A model generated the notes under the pieces. The model was not told where the DNA came from and searched no databases. It worked only from the letters and a program-made list of their open reading frames with translations. Positions 22,772 through 32,195 of a stretch of DNA of 64,000 bases are shown piece by piece. A program made the position numbers and the translations under genes. Each line of letters starts with the position of its first letter. Position 1 is the first letter of the stretch. Source of the DNA: Diplonema japonicum (Eukaryota > Protista > Euglenozoa: Diplonemea); the NCBI GenBank assembly GCA_964019335.1, contig OZ025652.1, forward strand, positions 806,001-870,000. The letters are read 5' to 3'.

Positions 22772-25700
22772 ATGAAGCACGTGCCATGCTGCTTTGTGGT
22801 ATTGATGTTTGTAGCAAGCAGCAATGCTCAAGTAAGCATTAAAGCTGCTGGCAGCTCTTGGGTCTGCAGTTTAATGAATGACATGTTTACGTCGGGGGGA
22901 ACCGGTGAGTACAGCTGCAATGGGGCACAAGCTGCCGAGTCTCAGTTTGACAGCAACACCATTGACATGTGGGCAAGCGTCTCACACAAGAAGCAAGAAG
23001 GTGTCACAACGATTGGTTTGCTGGGGGTCCCTCTCGCCTTTGGTTTCAACATGCAGGGCATTAGTGCCATTGTGTTGGATCTCAACGTGCTGGTAAAGAT
23101 CTTCCTTGGAGATATCTCAAACTGGAAGCATCCTGACTTGGCAGCGCTGAACCCCTCGCAAGCCTTTCCCAACAGCACCATCAATCTGGTGTTCAGCAAC
23201 ACAAGCGACAGTCTGAACGACATCCGCAAGTACCTAGCAAGCTCTCCAGCCTGGCCACACGGTGCAGGCTCTGGCTGGCCTGCAGGCCTGCCTGGTACGT
23301 GGTACACAACAGAGCAACAGTTCCTTGATAGCCTGAGCAACACAGCCGGTTCTTTCGGGTTTTCTGCCTTCAACGACTTGTTGGTGAACAAGATCTCTTT
23401 TGCTGTGCTCAACACGGAAGACGGGACCGCACTGCCTGGGTGGGAGGACTTGAAAGAAGCGGTGGAGCACTACGAGTCGGAGGATGGCGTGGTCATTCAG
23501 GAAAACGACCACGGCTACCCTATCATTGGGATCACCTATTTGTTATACCGCACAGACAACCCAAAGCTGTGCGCAATCACCGATTTCATCTACAAAGCCC
23601 TCATATCTGGCAAGGGAACTGGCTTTGCCAGGCACTACATGACAGGGCTCTCGGATAACGTCCTGAACATGGGTTTTGCGATGCTGCATCACCCTTCATG
23701 CGTCGGATCTGCCTCTTCCTTGACGTCAGAAGTTAACCTCAGGCTGATGGACAACAACCTGATGGAGATCGTGAACAGCTTAGGCGTGCAGATGAACGAC
23801 AAAGACGAAAGCCTGTTCCTCACGCACGGTGTCAACCCGACAAATGATGGGACAATCTACCTGGGCTACAAGGACAGCCCCTGGAACAGCATGTCAACCT
23901 ATTTGTCGATCCCCCTTGCGATCCAAACCCTTGATTTGGTTGTCAACTTCCAGCTTGACGTGGTGTCGATGGAGCTCGAGATCAACCATGTGCGGGCCAT
24001 CCTCACGAAGAATATCACCACTTGGCTGGACCCACGCCTCTCAGAGAAAAGCACGTACGTGAAAAAACTCAACGTCCCAGTGGTGCTGGTTGCTGATGCT
24101 TCACTGACAAACCTTAATGCAGCTCTCAGAGAGCTCAGCCTCTCCAAGATCACACCTGACGTCATCCTCCCCAGCAATACAGACGTTGTGGCGTACATCA
24201 AGAGCACACCTGGTGCTGTGGCTTTTATCCCAACCTCTGTGTCGTCCGCCGCGGGTCTCACACGAGTGAATCCCTTGAATGAAGGCGAACTTTACGACAC
24301 CGCAGCAGCCATGGAGCACTCTCTAGAGGAGCTGCAGTTCGACGAAGAGTACCGAAGGGTGGTGCCAGGAGAGCATGACGATGTGTACCCGTTCTATGAT
24401 ATGATCTTTTTTTATGTGAAACTCGACGTCCTGGACCCCACCAATGCCTGCGGAAGGGGGCACGTCGCTTTGCTGGAAGGTTCAATCAACGAGGAAGGGC
24501 AGGAGCTGCTTAACCACCACTTTGGGTTGGTTTCCGTCGCTACTTACGTTCCTGTGAAAACCCAGCTCAAGCTCTTGAAATGCAACGGTGCCCTCTACTT
24601 CCCGCCGCCCAGCAACGACGATGTGACAGAAGCCATTAAGCTTGCCTCGTACGTCATCTCGGGGGTGATCTTTGTGGGGATGCTATTGGGTGTCCTCACG
24701 TGGTGGAAAAAGTCGCTCATGGCAGAAAACATCTTTGCAGCAGAGAATATTGCTGCTGCCCTTGCAAGGTTCGATCTCGTCACCGCCGAGTCTGTGCTTG
24801 GGGAGTGCAAGAAACTACCCGTTGAGCTAAACGATGCCTTCCTGAAGCTTATCACAAACTTAGCGTCGTACAGGGCGTACCTTCCCGAGTCGTGTCTGCG
24901 GGGGGACAGCAGCAGTGAGGAAGAGGAGTCAGACACCGCAGAAAGCGAAAAACCTTGCAACAACGAGAACAACAATAATGTGGTTAAGCGGAAGTCAGGA
25001 ATGACTTCATGTGCAGGCAGTTCGGATTCAAAGGCCAATCGTAGGCTCGCAGAGATTATCCGGACAAAGAAGGTGACGCTCGGCTTGGTCAACCTGTTAG
25101 GGCTGCACAAGAACTCCCAGAATCTGTTCGAGAAGCTTGAAAAATATGCGTCAATCATCTCGAAGATAAGCACTGAGAACAAAGCTATCCGTGATGTGAT
25201 GCTGGGTGACAGGATGTACTTATCATGGAACGGGGCACGGCACTTGGCGAACCACGTGCTGGCCGCCGGCACAACAGCACTTCAGATCGCGAGCGAAATG
25301 AAGAATCATGGAGTGCAGACATCGATGGGGCTGGTGGCGGGCACCGTGAAGTGTGGCGTGGTTGGTGCGGAACAGATAAAGAGGTTCACTTTTATCGGGG
25401 CAATGGTGCCGTGGGTGTGTGTGATGGAGAGGTTGAACAAAATCTGTTACACTTCAATTATGGTATCAGGCATCGAGTTTCTGAACTCATTCTACACACG
25501 CAAGCTGGCATTCGTGGACTACAAGAAACTATGCAGCGAGCCGATAATGGTGCACGAGCTCCTGCACGAGAAGGAGGAAACCAACGAGGAGTGGATGTAC
25601 GCCATGCAGGATGCAGAATCGAAGAACCCCTGCGCTGACTTTAACTCGGCTATGGAGAACTACTTCTCAGGCAACTACGGTGTCTGTGGTAACTATATGA

Positions 25701-25822
25701 GACAGCAAGCACCGGAGGTAACTGCAGCAAGATGGGTCCTTGAGTCTATTGAGGAAATGGAACGCAACGGCCATGCCAAGCCACCCCCTATAACCTCCGT
25801 CAGTTTGTCAGAAGTTATGTAA
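22772..25822 (+). CDS. Receptor-type protein: two PstS-like periplasmic-binding domains, TM helix, divergent class III nucleotide cyclase domain
   Basis: Signal peptide. PstS-like motifs occur twice (KIFLGDISNWKHPDLAALNP; AILTKNITTWLDPRL; GYPI / VYPF). After the TM helix come cyclase-like VTLGLVNLLG...LGDRMYLSWN...CGVVG...FTFIG and a NEEWMY tail. Confidence 0.8.
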   Translation: MKHVPCCFVVLMFVASSNAQVSIKAAGSSWVCSLMNDMFTSGGTGEYSCNGAQAAESQFDSNTIDMWASVSHKKQEGVTTIGLLGVPLAFGFNMQGISAIVLDLNVLVKIFLGDISNWKHPDLAALNPSQAFPNSTINLVFSNTSDSLNDIRKYLASSPAWPHGAGSGWPAGLPGTWYTTEQQFLDSLSNTAGSFGFSAFNDLLVNKISFAVLNTEDGTALPGWEDLKEAVEHYESEDGVVIQENDHGYPIIGITYLLYRTDNPKLCAITDFIYKALISGKGTGFARHYMTGLSDNVLNMGFAMLHHPSCVGSASSLTSEVNLRLMDNNLMEIVNSLGVQMNDKDESLFLTHGVNPTNDGTIYLGYKDSPWNSMSTYLSIPLAIQTLDLVVNFQLDVVSMELEINHVRAILTKNITTWLDPRLSEKSTYVKKLNVPVVLVADASLTNLNAALRELSLSKITPDVILPSNTDVVAYIKSTPGAVAFIPTSVSSAAGLTRVNPLNEGELYDTAAAMEHSLEELQFDEEYRRVVPGEHDDVYPFYDMIFFYVKLDVLDPTNACGRGHVALLEGSINEEGQELLNHHFGLVSVATYVPVKTQLKLLKCNGALYFPPPSNDDVTEAIKLASYVISGVIFVGMLLGVLTWWKKSLMAENIFAAENIAAALARFDLVTAESVLGECKKLPVELNDAFLKLITNLASYRAYLPESCLRGDSSSEEEESDTAESEKPCNNENNNNVVKRKSGMTSCAGSSDSKANRRLAEIIRTKKVTLGLVNLLGLHKNSQNLFEKLEKYASIISKISTENKAIRDVMLGDRMYLSWNGARHLANHVLAAGTTALQIASEMKNHGVQTSMGLVAGTVKCGVVGAEQIKRFTFIGAMVPWVCVMERLNKICYTSIMVSGIEFLNSFYTRKLAFVDYKKLCSEPIMVHELLHEKEETNEEWMYAMQDAESKNPCADFNSAMENYFSGNYGVCGNYMRQQAPEVTAARWVLESIEEMERNGHAKPPPITSVSLSEVM

Positions 25823-26625
25823 AGCAGGTGCTCGGTTTGAATTGAGATTTTTTTGTGTTTGAAAAATGCTGAAGAAAGCGATCATGGGTCGCATTCCATC
25901 TGCCGAGGCCTGTGGAGTAACAATGAGAAATGTGATGAGAAAAGGAAGAAAAAGATGTAATTAGTACCCCCCCCCCCCCCCCCTGCTGTCTCTCAGTAGA
26001 CAATCAAGTTCGAGTTCCCCTTTTTTTTCTACCATTCTATTTTCTATTTTATTTTTTAAGTTACGATTCAAGTCAAATATTATATTGCTATTACTCTCGC
26101 TCTTGCTATTTACTATTGTACTATTATTTCCCCCCAAAAAAAAATTAAAAAGGGACCCCCATTGCTTCACCTGAGGCAGGAAGGCATGGCCGGATATGTG
26201 TTTTTTTAAAGTTTGGTAACGTGTATGTGTATCTCTGTCTGCCTAAAACCTGAAAAAAATGGTGTTTTTGTTTTCACCATCTTCAAAAACTCTATCAGAC
26301 CATCTCTTGACCCTCTCGGGTGAAGGCGGGGGAAAAAAAGAGGAGGAAGCGGGGGGAAAAAAAAACCTAGAAGGAACAACTTCCAGTAAACCGAAGCGTC
26401 TGAGTGTTTTCCCTTCCAGACAGTGAGGAGCTTGAGCATGAGGGATGCAGTGCTTGGCCCCTGTACATCTTTGCTGATTCAGGACAGACTTTCTATTCAC
26501 ATCAGATTAACGGAATATTCTTCCGGCAAGGCTATCCCTATCTAAGGATTTTAAAACACCCGGAAAAAGAATGCAAAAAAAAAAAAAAAAAGTGCCCGGG
26601 TGAGAATAGTTTTACAATACCCCCC

Positions 26626-27599
26626 TAGGGCTATGCTGGCATGGAAACGCGTTTCCATGCATTTTTTGAAAAAAAAGGGAAACGGAAACGTTTCCTTATT
26701 TTGGGGGCTTTAGAGACTTATTTTTTTGGGGGCAAAGCACTCGGAAGAAATAAACGAGACAAAGGGGGCCAGTGTTGGTGGCGCCCTGGGGAAATCTTCT
26801 GGGTTTCGATGAAGGATGCGATTGTGGCATCCATTTTTTGAACAGCGTCGTCAACCAGCCTTCCGCTCAGAGCTTTCCTGTCCGGTAGCTCGTACGTGGC
26901 CCCGAGCGGAAGGCGCTTCACCTTCTCAAACAGTGCCTTGAATGTTCTGTGAACAGAAAATATGAGAGGACACGAAATAGATAAACATCATACCGATGTT
27001 CGACCCTCAAAAATGGGGTCCCAGTTTCGAGAAAGAAATCCCGAACAGCCCTGTCCACGTCGTCTGGCGTGCTTGTAGCAGTTAAAAATGGCGTCATTGG
27101 CCTGTTCTCCACTTTACGCTTCTTCGTTCCCTCTGCCTCAGCCTTCGCCTCCGCTGTTGCTTTCTCCAACAGCTTCTTGTGGGGCTCCACACTATCCCCT
27201 TTGGGGACACACGTCGCTACTCCTTGGCCTTTTGTTTGGAACATGTGGGCGCGGAGTCTGCTGGTTGACGCTACTGTGAAGACCATATCACATATCACAG
27301 AAGCGACATTTTACTGTCTTCTTCCCATCCTCCGCCTGAACCTCCATCCCACAAGCGCCTCCCAGGGGGTGCTTTCTCTGGACCATGTTTACTTTCGTTT
27401 TTGTAGAGACCGACGTGCGCTTTCCTTGTAAAACCCCAAAAGTAAGTATCTTCAAAAACCCCAAATAAATAAGGACCTTCTAAACAGTGTTTACCGAAAT
27501 ATACATAGCCGTTTCCATAACCATGGAAACGCGTTTCCATGAGAATTTTGAAAACATGGAAACGGAAACGTTTCCACGTTTCCTGCCAGCATAGCCCTA
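26626..27599 (-). mobile_element. Internally deleted hAT DNA transposon with intron-containing transposase N-terminus
   Basis: 16-bp TIRs tagggctatgctggca (26626-26641) and tgccagcatagcccta (27584-27599), plus subterminal atggaaacgcgtttccat palindromes. The minus strand encodes BED-finger-like CDMVF...SRLRAHM...GQGVATC and DRAVRDFFLETGTPF...YELPDRKALSGRL, joined by intron 26993-26947. Confidence 0.88.
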
Positions 27600-28041
27600 G
27601 GGGGGGTTATATGGTCCTTAAAAAGGGCTATTTTTTGCCCTTTTTCAGGCTCTTCGCCAAGGGCATTTTGGACCCTTAAAAAAACTGTAACCACCCCAAA
27701 AGTGCCCACAAATCACCCAAACCCCCGTTTCCCAATGGTTTCCGGCCCCAGAAGTGCCCAGAATCATGTTCTAATTTTGGGGCCCCCATTTGGTACTTTC
27801 CCTATGTAATCCTAGGGGCCCCTATTTTATGTTCCCTAGGATTACATAGGGAAAGTACCAAATGGGGGCCACAAAATTAGAACATGATTCTGGGCACTTC
27901 TGGGGCCGGAAACCATTGGGAAACGGGGGTTTGGGTGATTTGTGGGCACTTTTGGGGTGGTTACAGTTTTTTTAAGGGTCCAAAATGCCCTTGGCGAAGA
28001 GCCTGAAAAGGGCAAATAACGACCCCCTTATGACCCCCCCC
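27600..28041. mobile_element. Foldback / long-TIR MITE (near-perfect palindrome)
   Basis: Arms of about 180 bp (~27635-27817 and 27834-~28016) are near-perfect reverse complements around a 16-nt spacer. The termini are a G-run and a C-run. Confidence 0.85.
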
Positions 28042-28356
28042 TACCCCCCTCTTTTCTTTCTTACGTTCTCTTGTAAGAAGTGGTGGTAGCATGCAGTACT
28101 TTATCTCAGTATTTTGTACCATGTGTACGCATATCTTAGGATAACGTTTTTTTCCTCTCTTTTTTTTCTTCTCTTTTTTTTAAATGTCTCTCTCTAAAAG
28201 GGAAAAAAAAGAAGAAGAAAAAAAAGTAATGATAGCATGCAGTATCGACTCCTACCTTCAAACCCCAGTCATTATCAACTCTCAAACTTTTCAAGGCTTT
28301 GAAAAACCCTTCAAAACCTGAAACAACTCCCTCCTTTCTTTTCTTTCTTCTTTTTT

Positions 28357-28396
28357 CAGGCGTCCTGTCACATACCGCAGGTACCCTTAAATGTCT

Positions 28397-28400
<4 letters not shown>
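28357..28400 (-). repeat. Short terminal fragment of dispersed repeat family A
   Basis: cctgtcacataccgcaggtacccttaaatgtctc resembles the ends at 19236-19270 and 41040-41074. Confidence 0.65.
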
Positions 28401-28433
<33 letters not shown>

Positions 28434-29311
28434 GGTCTTGTATTACTCGAGTATTCCCCCCCCCCCCCCCCCATCCATAGGTCTGGCCGGAAAAAAAAAG
28501 AGTAAATTTTGATAAAAAAGAGAGAAGAAATAGAAAAACCTCTGTATTATTTTTAACGGGGGCACCTTTTTAACGTTTAAAAAAAGTGAGAATATCCCCC
28601 TCCACGCACCCTTTTCTTTTAGAACGAAGGTTATGCTCCTAAGGGGAAGCACTAGTGTTACTAAAAACTTTCAGTTTTTTTTTTGTGGTCGCAGCACTAT
28701 CATGTGCCATGTTCGGCCTATAAATGGTTGCGTTTGTTTTGTTGTTGGTTTTCTCCCCCCCCCCCCCCCCCCGATGCGGGTACTGAAAAAAAAAAAAAAA
28801 ACCCCAACAAATTACGAGTCATAGCTAAACTCGTTTTCGAGGTTTATACCCGAAGACCCCTGTTCATCATTTGAGCTACATTTCATCTTTCTTTTTTTTT
28901 TTTTTTTTTTTTTTTTTGCGGGCCGTTGCTAACCACTGCGTTCCTATCATAGTGAATTTTTTTTTTGTCGTAGGTATGCCGAACCACATATTCCCAGATA
29001 AAAGTTACCTCATATCTTATAATATTTAAGTTATTTCGAATAGACAACAAAAAAAAAAGAAAAAAGAAAAAAAAAAAGCTCGGCTTTTTAGCATTCGTGT
29101 GCACACACGGTATAAATCCTGTGGCGTGCTACCTCTTACAAGAACTGAAATCGGGTACTTGTTAAAAGGGAATTTCTTTTTAAAAAAGGAAGCGGGGTGT
29201 TGGTGTGTATTCTGGAACAACGGGGGTGCCTCTACTTCGCAAGGGATGGGGTCCTTGTTGCACAGCTACCTTACCAAACATAGAATCAAAAAAAAATATA
29301 TATAATAAGAG

Positions 29312-29623
29312 TTAAAGGAGACCAGTGCGGCGCCAAGAACTGTCTACTTGATTACAGGGGGCGCACCGCAGCCGAGTTGTAGCTTCTTCTGCGTTCCGCG
29401 TTGTGTCCTTAATGTGTGCGGTGTACAGCTCAACCCCAGCTGGGTAACCAAGATTCGGCGCTCGTGCAGTTTGCTGCTTGTTCATCACCCTGAGCATCTG
29501 CGTTACGTTCTTCCACTCGGGCGCTACCGGTGATGACCGACGTGGAGGTCAACAGCGAACAACACATCTGATGTACTTCTTATATTTCCATGTTATCCCA
29601 AACAATTATTCCCTGCACCCACC
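29312..29623 (+). repeat. ~310 bp copy of dispersed repeat family A
   Basis: Reverse-complement match to 40743-41066, e.g. ccggtgatgaccgacgtggaggtcaacagcgaacaacacatctgatgtac. Confidence 0.85.
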
Positions 29624-30890
29624 CATTGTGATGTGACCCACCCCGGTGCGAATAGGCCATACTTTGCGTTAAAACTAAGAATTCGGCTTGCCATGTACTC
29701 TTCCTTTCTTTTTTTTTTTTGTTGTTTTAATATGTAGTGAAATTTCCATTTCTTTGACAGGATTTTTAGGTTTTCTCACTATTTTGCCCCCCCCCTCCCC
29801 TCCCTCCTCTACCGCCGGGGGGCGAAAGCCTGCAAACCAATCATTTGCGATACGCCGTGGCTTGTGTGTGCCAAGGCAAAGAAAGCTGAAGGAAAGGGGA
29901 AATTACAAGGGAAAAAAAAGGGGGGGGTTGACGTTTCCTCGAAATTATGAACGCACACTGCACGCTTTTCTTTTGTTGCCGAAAAAAAAAAAAGAAGAAA
30001 GAAGAAAGAAATCGGAAAGAAGAGAAGAAAAGAGAAAAAGAGTTGAGATGTCTTGAAGCTGCACCAGTCCGGCAAATAGAGACTGTCTGATCCCAATCTG
30101 GTTTTAAAAGGAATTACCTATATTGGCCTACTGGGGCATATTATTTATTGGAAACCCCTATTACTTCACGGAAATAGGCTATTACTTCACCGTGGAGTAT
30201 ACAGCCCCGAGAGCGTGAAGTAATTTCAGAAGAGTGAAATAAGATTTTAATTACTGTTTACCATTTTCTGTTCTGGCCTTGTTGCTATGCACAGGTTGCA
30301 TGCGTTAAATAAGGTTTTCCTCTTTTATTCTTTGGAAACAAACAGTTCAGTTTTTTTCAATACTCGCAGAAAAAGTTTTGGCTTAACACTTTTCAAGAAA
30401 ACGTAAACGTAAAAACAATACTACAAATTAAGGTACCCCATCCTTCTTGCATTTCGATATCAAGTCGCCCATGCAAGAATCTACAGCTTAACTCTTTTTC
30501 GAAGAAAAAAGAAACTTGTCATTGGCATTCTTCTTCGAAATAAATTCACCTCTTTCCCCCTGTTTGTTCTTGCTTCACACCCAATGATCAAGTTCACCCT
30601 GTCTCTCTCTCTTTTTTCACACCTCAGAACCAAAAATTTTGATTTGCATTAATTGGAACCTGGTTGTGGCTCTGATAACTTCTAGTGTCTTGAGTTCAGG
30701 CAATGTACCCATATCATTTGATGACTAGTAAGACACAAGCACAGGGTGTTGAAGACCAGCTGCTACGAACTAAGATTTTACACTATTTCGCGTCTTTCCC
30801 CTTTTACCTCTTGTTTACTTGTTGTGACTTCTTTTGTGAGCTTCTTACTGCAATTGAAAGCACCTTCTACAGTCCCTTCATCCACACAAA

Positions 30891-31868
30891 ATGCGTTGCG
30901 GTACTGCAGTGATGATCGCCCTGCTGGCGGGGTGCGCGCAGGGTCTGTCTGAGGACTACATCAGGATGAACTCGAGGACGATGTTCAGGACCTTCAAGGC
31001 TGACTACAACAAGGCCTACAGCAGCGCTGCCGAGGAGGAGAGGAGGTTTCAGATCTTCACCAAGAATCTTTTGAAGGGAGCCCAGTACGAGAAGGAGCAG
31101 GCGATGGGGGCAACCTTCGGGGTGAACAGGTTCTCTGACCTGTCTTCTGAGGAGTTCAAGGTGTACCACAACCTGAAGGTTGTTGAGAAGGAGGGACCGG
31201 CCTACACCCCTTCCTTCTCTGAGATCGCTGCCCCCACAGAGGTGGACTGGAGGACAAAGGGAGCTGTGACCCACGTGAAGAACCAGGCTCAGTGCGGGAG
31301 CTGCTGGGCTTTCTCCACGACTGGAGGGATCGAAGGCCAGTGGTTCCTTGCAGGGAACACCCTGACCTCGCTGTCGGAGCAGGAGCTGGTGTCGTGCGAC
31401 AAGATCGACGACGGCTGCAACGGTGGTCTCATGGACAACGCCTTCAAGTGGCTGCAGCAGACACACAACGGGCAGATCGTGACGGAGGCCTCGTACCACT
31501 ACACCTCTGGCGACGGGTTCAGCGGGGTGTGCCACGACGTGTCCGGGAAGGCGGTGGGGGCCACCATCAAAGGCCACAAGGACATCGCACACAACGAGAA
31601 CGCGATGGCCGAGTTCGTCGGTCCCAGCGGGCCCCTCTCCATCGCTGTGGACGCCACCAAGTGGCAGACCTACAACGGAGGCATCCTCACCAACTGCTGT
31701 GAGGTCTGCACCCTTGACCACGGTGTCCTCATCGTTGGCTACGCCGCCGACTACTGGATCATCAAGAACTCCTGGGGGGCATCTTGGGGCGAGAACGGCT
31801 ACATCAGGGTCAAGAGGGGTGCCAACGAGTGCGGCCTCAACAAGTCCCCCTGCACCTCCGAGATCTGA
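30891..31868 (+). CDS. Cathepsin L-like cysteine peptidase (papain family C1A) with I29 prodomain
   Basis: ERFNIN-like EEERRFQIFTKN, plus QAQCGSCWAFS, DHGVLIVGY and WIIKNSWG. Confidence 0.95.
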   Translation: MRCGTAVMIALLAGCAQGLSEDYIRMNSRTMFRTFKADYNKAYSSAAEEERRFQIFTKNLLKGAQYEKEQAMGATFGVNRFSDLSSEEFKVYHNLKVVEKEGPAYTPSFSEIAAPTEVDWRTKGAVTHVKNQAQCGSCWAFSTTGGIEGQWFLAGNTLTSLSEQELVSCDKIDDGCNGGLMDNAFKWLQQTHNGQIVTEASYHYTSGDGFSGVCHDVSGKAVGATIKGHKDIAHNENAMAEFVGPSGPLSIAVDATKWQTYNGGILTNCCEVCTLDHGVLIVGYAADYWIIKNSWGASWGENGYIRVKRGANECGLNKSPCTSEI

Positions 31869-32195
31869 AAGCGTTGTTGTTGATGATGACGATGAAACAA
31901 CAGCAGATGCTATTTTCAAATGTGCTTCTTCTTTTTCTTCTTTTTGCCCACTACCAACGTCCAATTAATGGTAAATAACATGAAGGGGGCCTCTTCATGT
32001 GTATGTTTTCTTTTTTTGTTTCATACTGCAGATGTCTGTCCCGTGCGGCAGGCACGAAACAGCGTGCACTGACTTGTCGTTTCCTTTCTTTACCCTATGC
32101 AGTTACTATGCTTCATACGGACAAGATCGGCTTTTATTTCTTTCTTGCTTTGTGTTCGAAATAGAACCCCTTCAGACAGACAGAACTCAACAAAG

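Noticed and set aside
30155-30240. Short repeats tattacttcac x2 with inverted gtgaagtaat
   Set aside because: Too few and too irregular for a CRISPR-like array or a defined element; no TIR or TSD identified.
30867-31964. 365-aa minus-strand ORF
   Set aside because: Antisense shadow of the strongly codon-biased cathepsin L gene; no motifs.
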